Source: Candidatus Ratteibacteria bacterium
Lineage (GTDB): Bacteria > Ratteibacteria > UBA8468 > B48-G9 > JAFGKM01
Reading direction: 5' to 3'
Assembly: GCA_046296715.1 (NCBI GenBank)
Contig: JBKBIN010000016.1
Location: forward strand, 1-28,121
DNA: 28,121 bases
Both the position numbers and the translations under genes were made by a program. Every line of letters starts with the position of its first letter. Positions within the stretch are counted from its first letter, which is position 1. The notes below the pieces were generated by a model. The model made no database searches. It saw only the letters and a program-made list of their open reading frames with translations, and was not told the origin of the DNA. Of the stretch, positions 27,766 to 28,121 are shown piece by piece.

Positions 27766-28121
27766 CTATTCCTGAAAGTTTGGATATTTATTTGAAATCC
27801 ATACAATATCTTTATTATATCCTTTTCCACCTTGTTTTCCATCTTTTCCATAACTTCCAAGTTTGAAATATTCTCCTGTTGGCATATTATCAACAATAAT
27901 ACTAAAATGTAAAAAATCACCTGGTGTGCTTCTTGCCCAAGTTAATACATTATTACCATCTTTAAGATTTATTTCTTTTTCAATTATCTGTGGTCTTGGA
28001 GCATTCCTAAATTCATTTTCTTTAACAATCTCAATTCCATTTATATATATTGAACAAGAAGTTACACCATAATTTTCAACTCTTATTCTTCCTTTACTTT
28101 CTATTGCTTGAAAATTTGCTG
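27766..28121 (-). CDS. Partial (3' end) type II secretion major pseudopilin GspG-like protein with an extra beta-rich insert
   Basis: Not in the ORF track. The frame from 28119 is open to TAG 27768-27766 and ends ...GEYFKLGSYGKDGKQGGKGYNKDIVW..., matching the GspG C-terminal S.G.DG..GG.G...DI motif. Confidence 0.65.
   Translation of the reverse strand, partial: ANFQAIESKGRIRVENYGVTSCSIYINGIEIVKENEFRNAPRPQIIEKEINLKDGNNVLTWARSTPGDFLHFSIIVDNMPTGEYFKLGSYGKDGKQGGKGYNKDIVWISNKYPNFQE

Noticed and set aside
316..28072. Short alternative-frame or antisense ORFs in the track (e.g. 316..549, 1361..1570, 5208..5675, 6960..7157, 13249..13491, 16781..17041, 24458..24808, 27863..28072)
   Set aside because: They overlap well-supported genes, lack RBSs and recognisable motifs, and have the F/L/S/I-rich composition of shadow ORFs.
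1..28121. CRISPR arrays, tRNA/rRNA, riboswitches, transposases, defence systems
   Set aside because: No spaced direct repeats, no structured GC-rich RNA-sized segment and no matching protein motifs seen; the intergenic gaps are mostly too small.

Overview
AT-rich, gene-dense bacterial DNA (about 30% GC or lower by eye, not computed; standard genetic code; K/E/I-rich proteins). Positions 1-23.1 kb form a carbohydrate/redox catabolic island. It encodes a secreted LamG protein, two ~1100-aa paralogous DUF6067-like putative glycoside hydrolases, a URO-D/MtaA-family protein and four MDR dehydrogenases. It also encodes an unassigned TIM-barrel GH-like protein, a creatininase-family enzyme next to a pseudogenised creatinase-like M24 enzyme, divergent GH4, GH172 (DUF2961), amidohydrolase, Asp-box sialidase-like and DUF4038/GH140-like proteins. 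No transporter or regulator gene is present. The right end is more housekeeping: DUF362 Fe-S protein, mnmG, Gfo/Idh/MocA, rsfS, a HAMP membrane protein, and the 3' end of a GspG-like pseudopilin with an extra inserted domain. Reading beyond the ORF track gave two edge genes it missed, a 169-codon start-less upstream extension of the 921-aa ORF, a double lesion in the M24 gene, several corrected starts, and an isolated GC-rich hairpin resembling IS200/IS605 or REP ends. I saw no rRNA, tRNA, CRISPR array or transposase. Family calls come from motif recognition, not database searches. The best candidate for an undescribed system is a redox plus C-N-hydrolase pathway for unusual, possibly N-substituted, sugars fed by uncharacterised secreted GH-like proteins.
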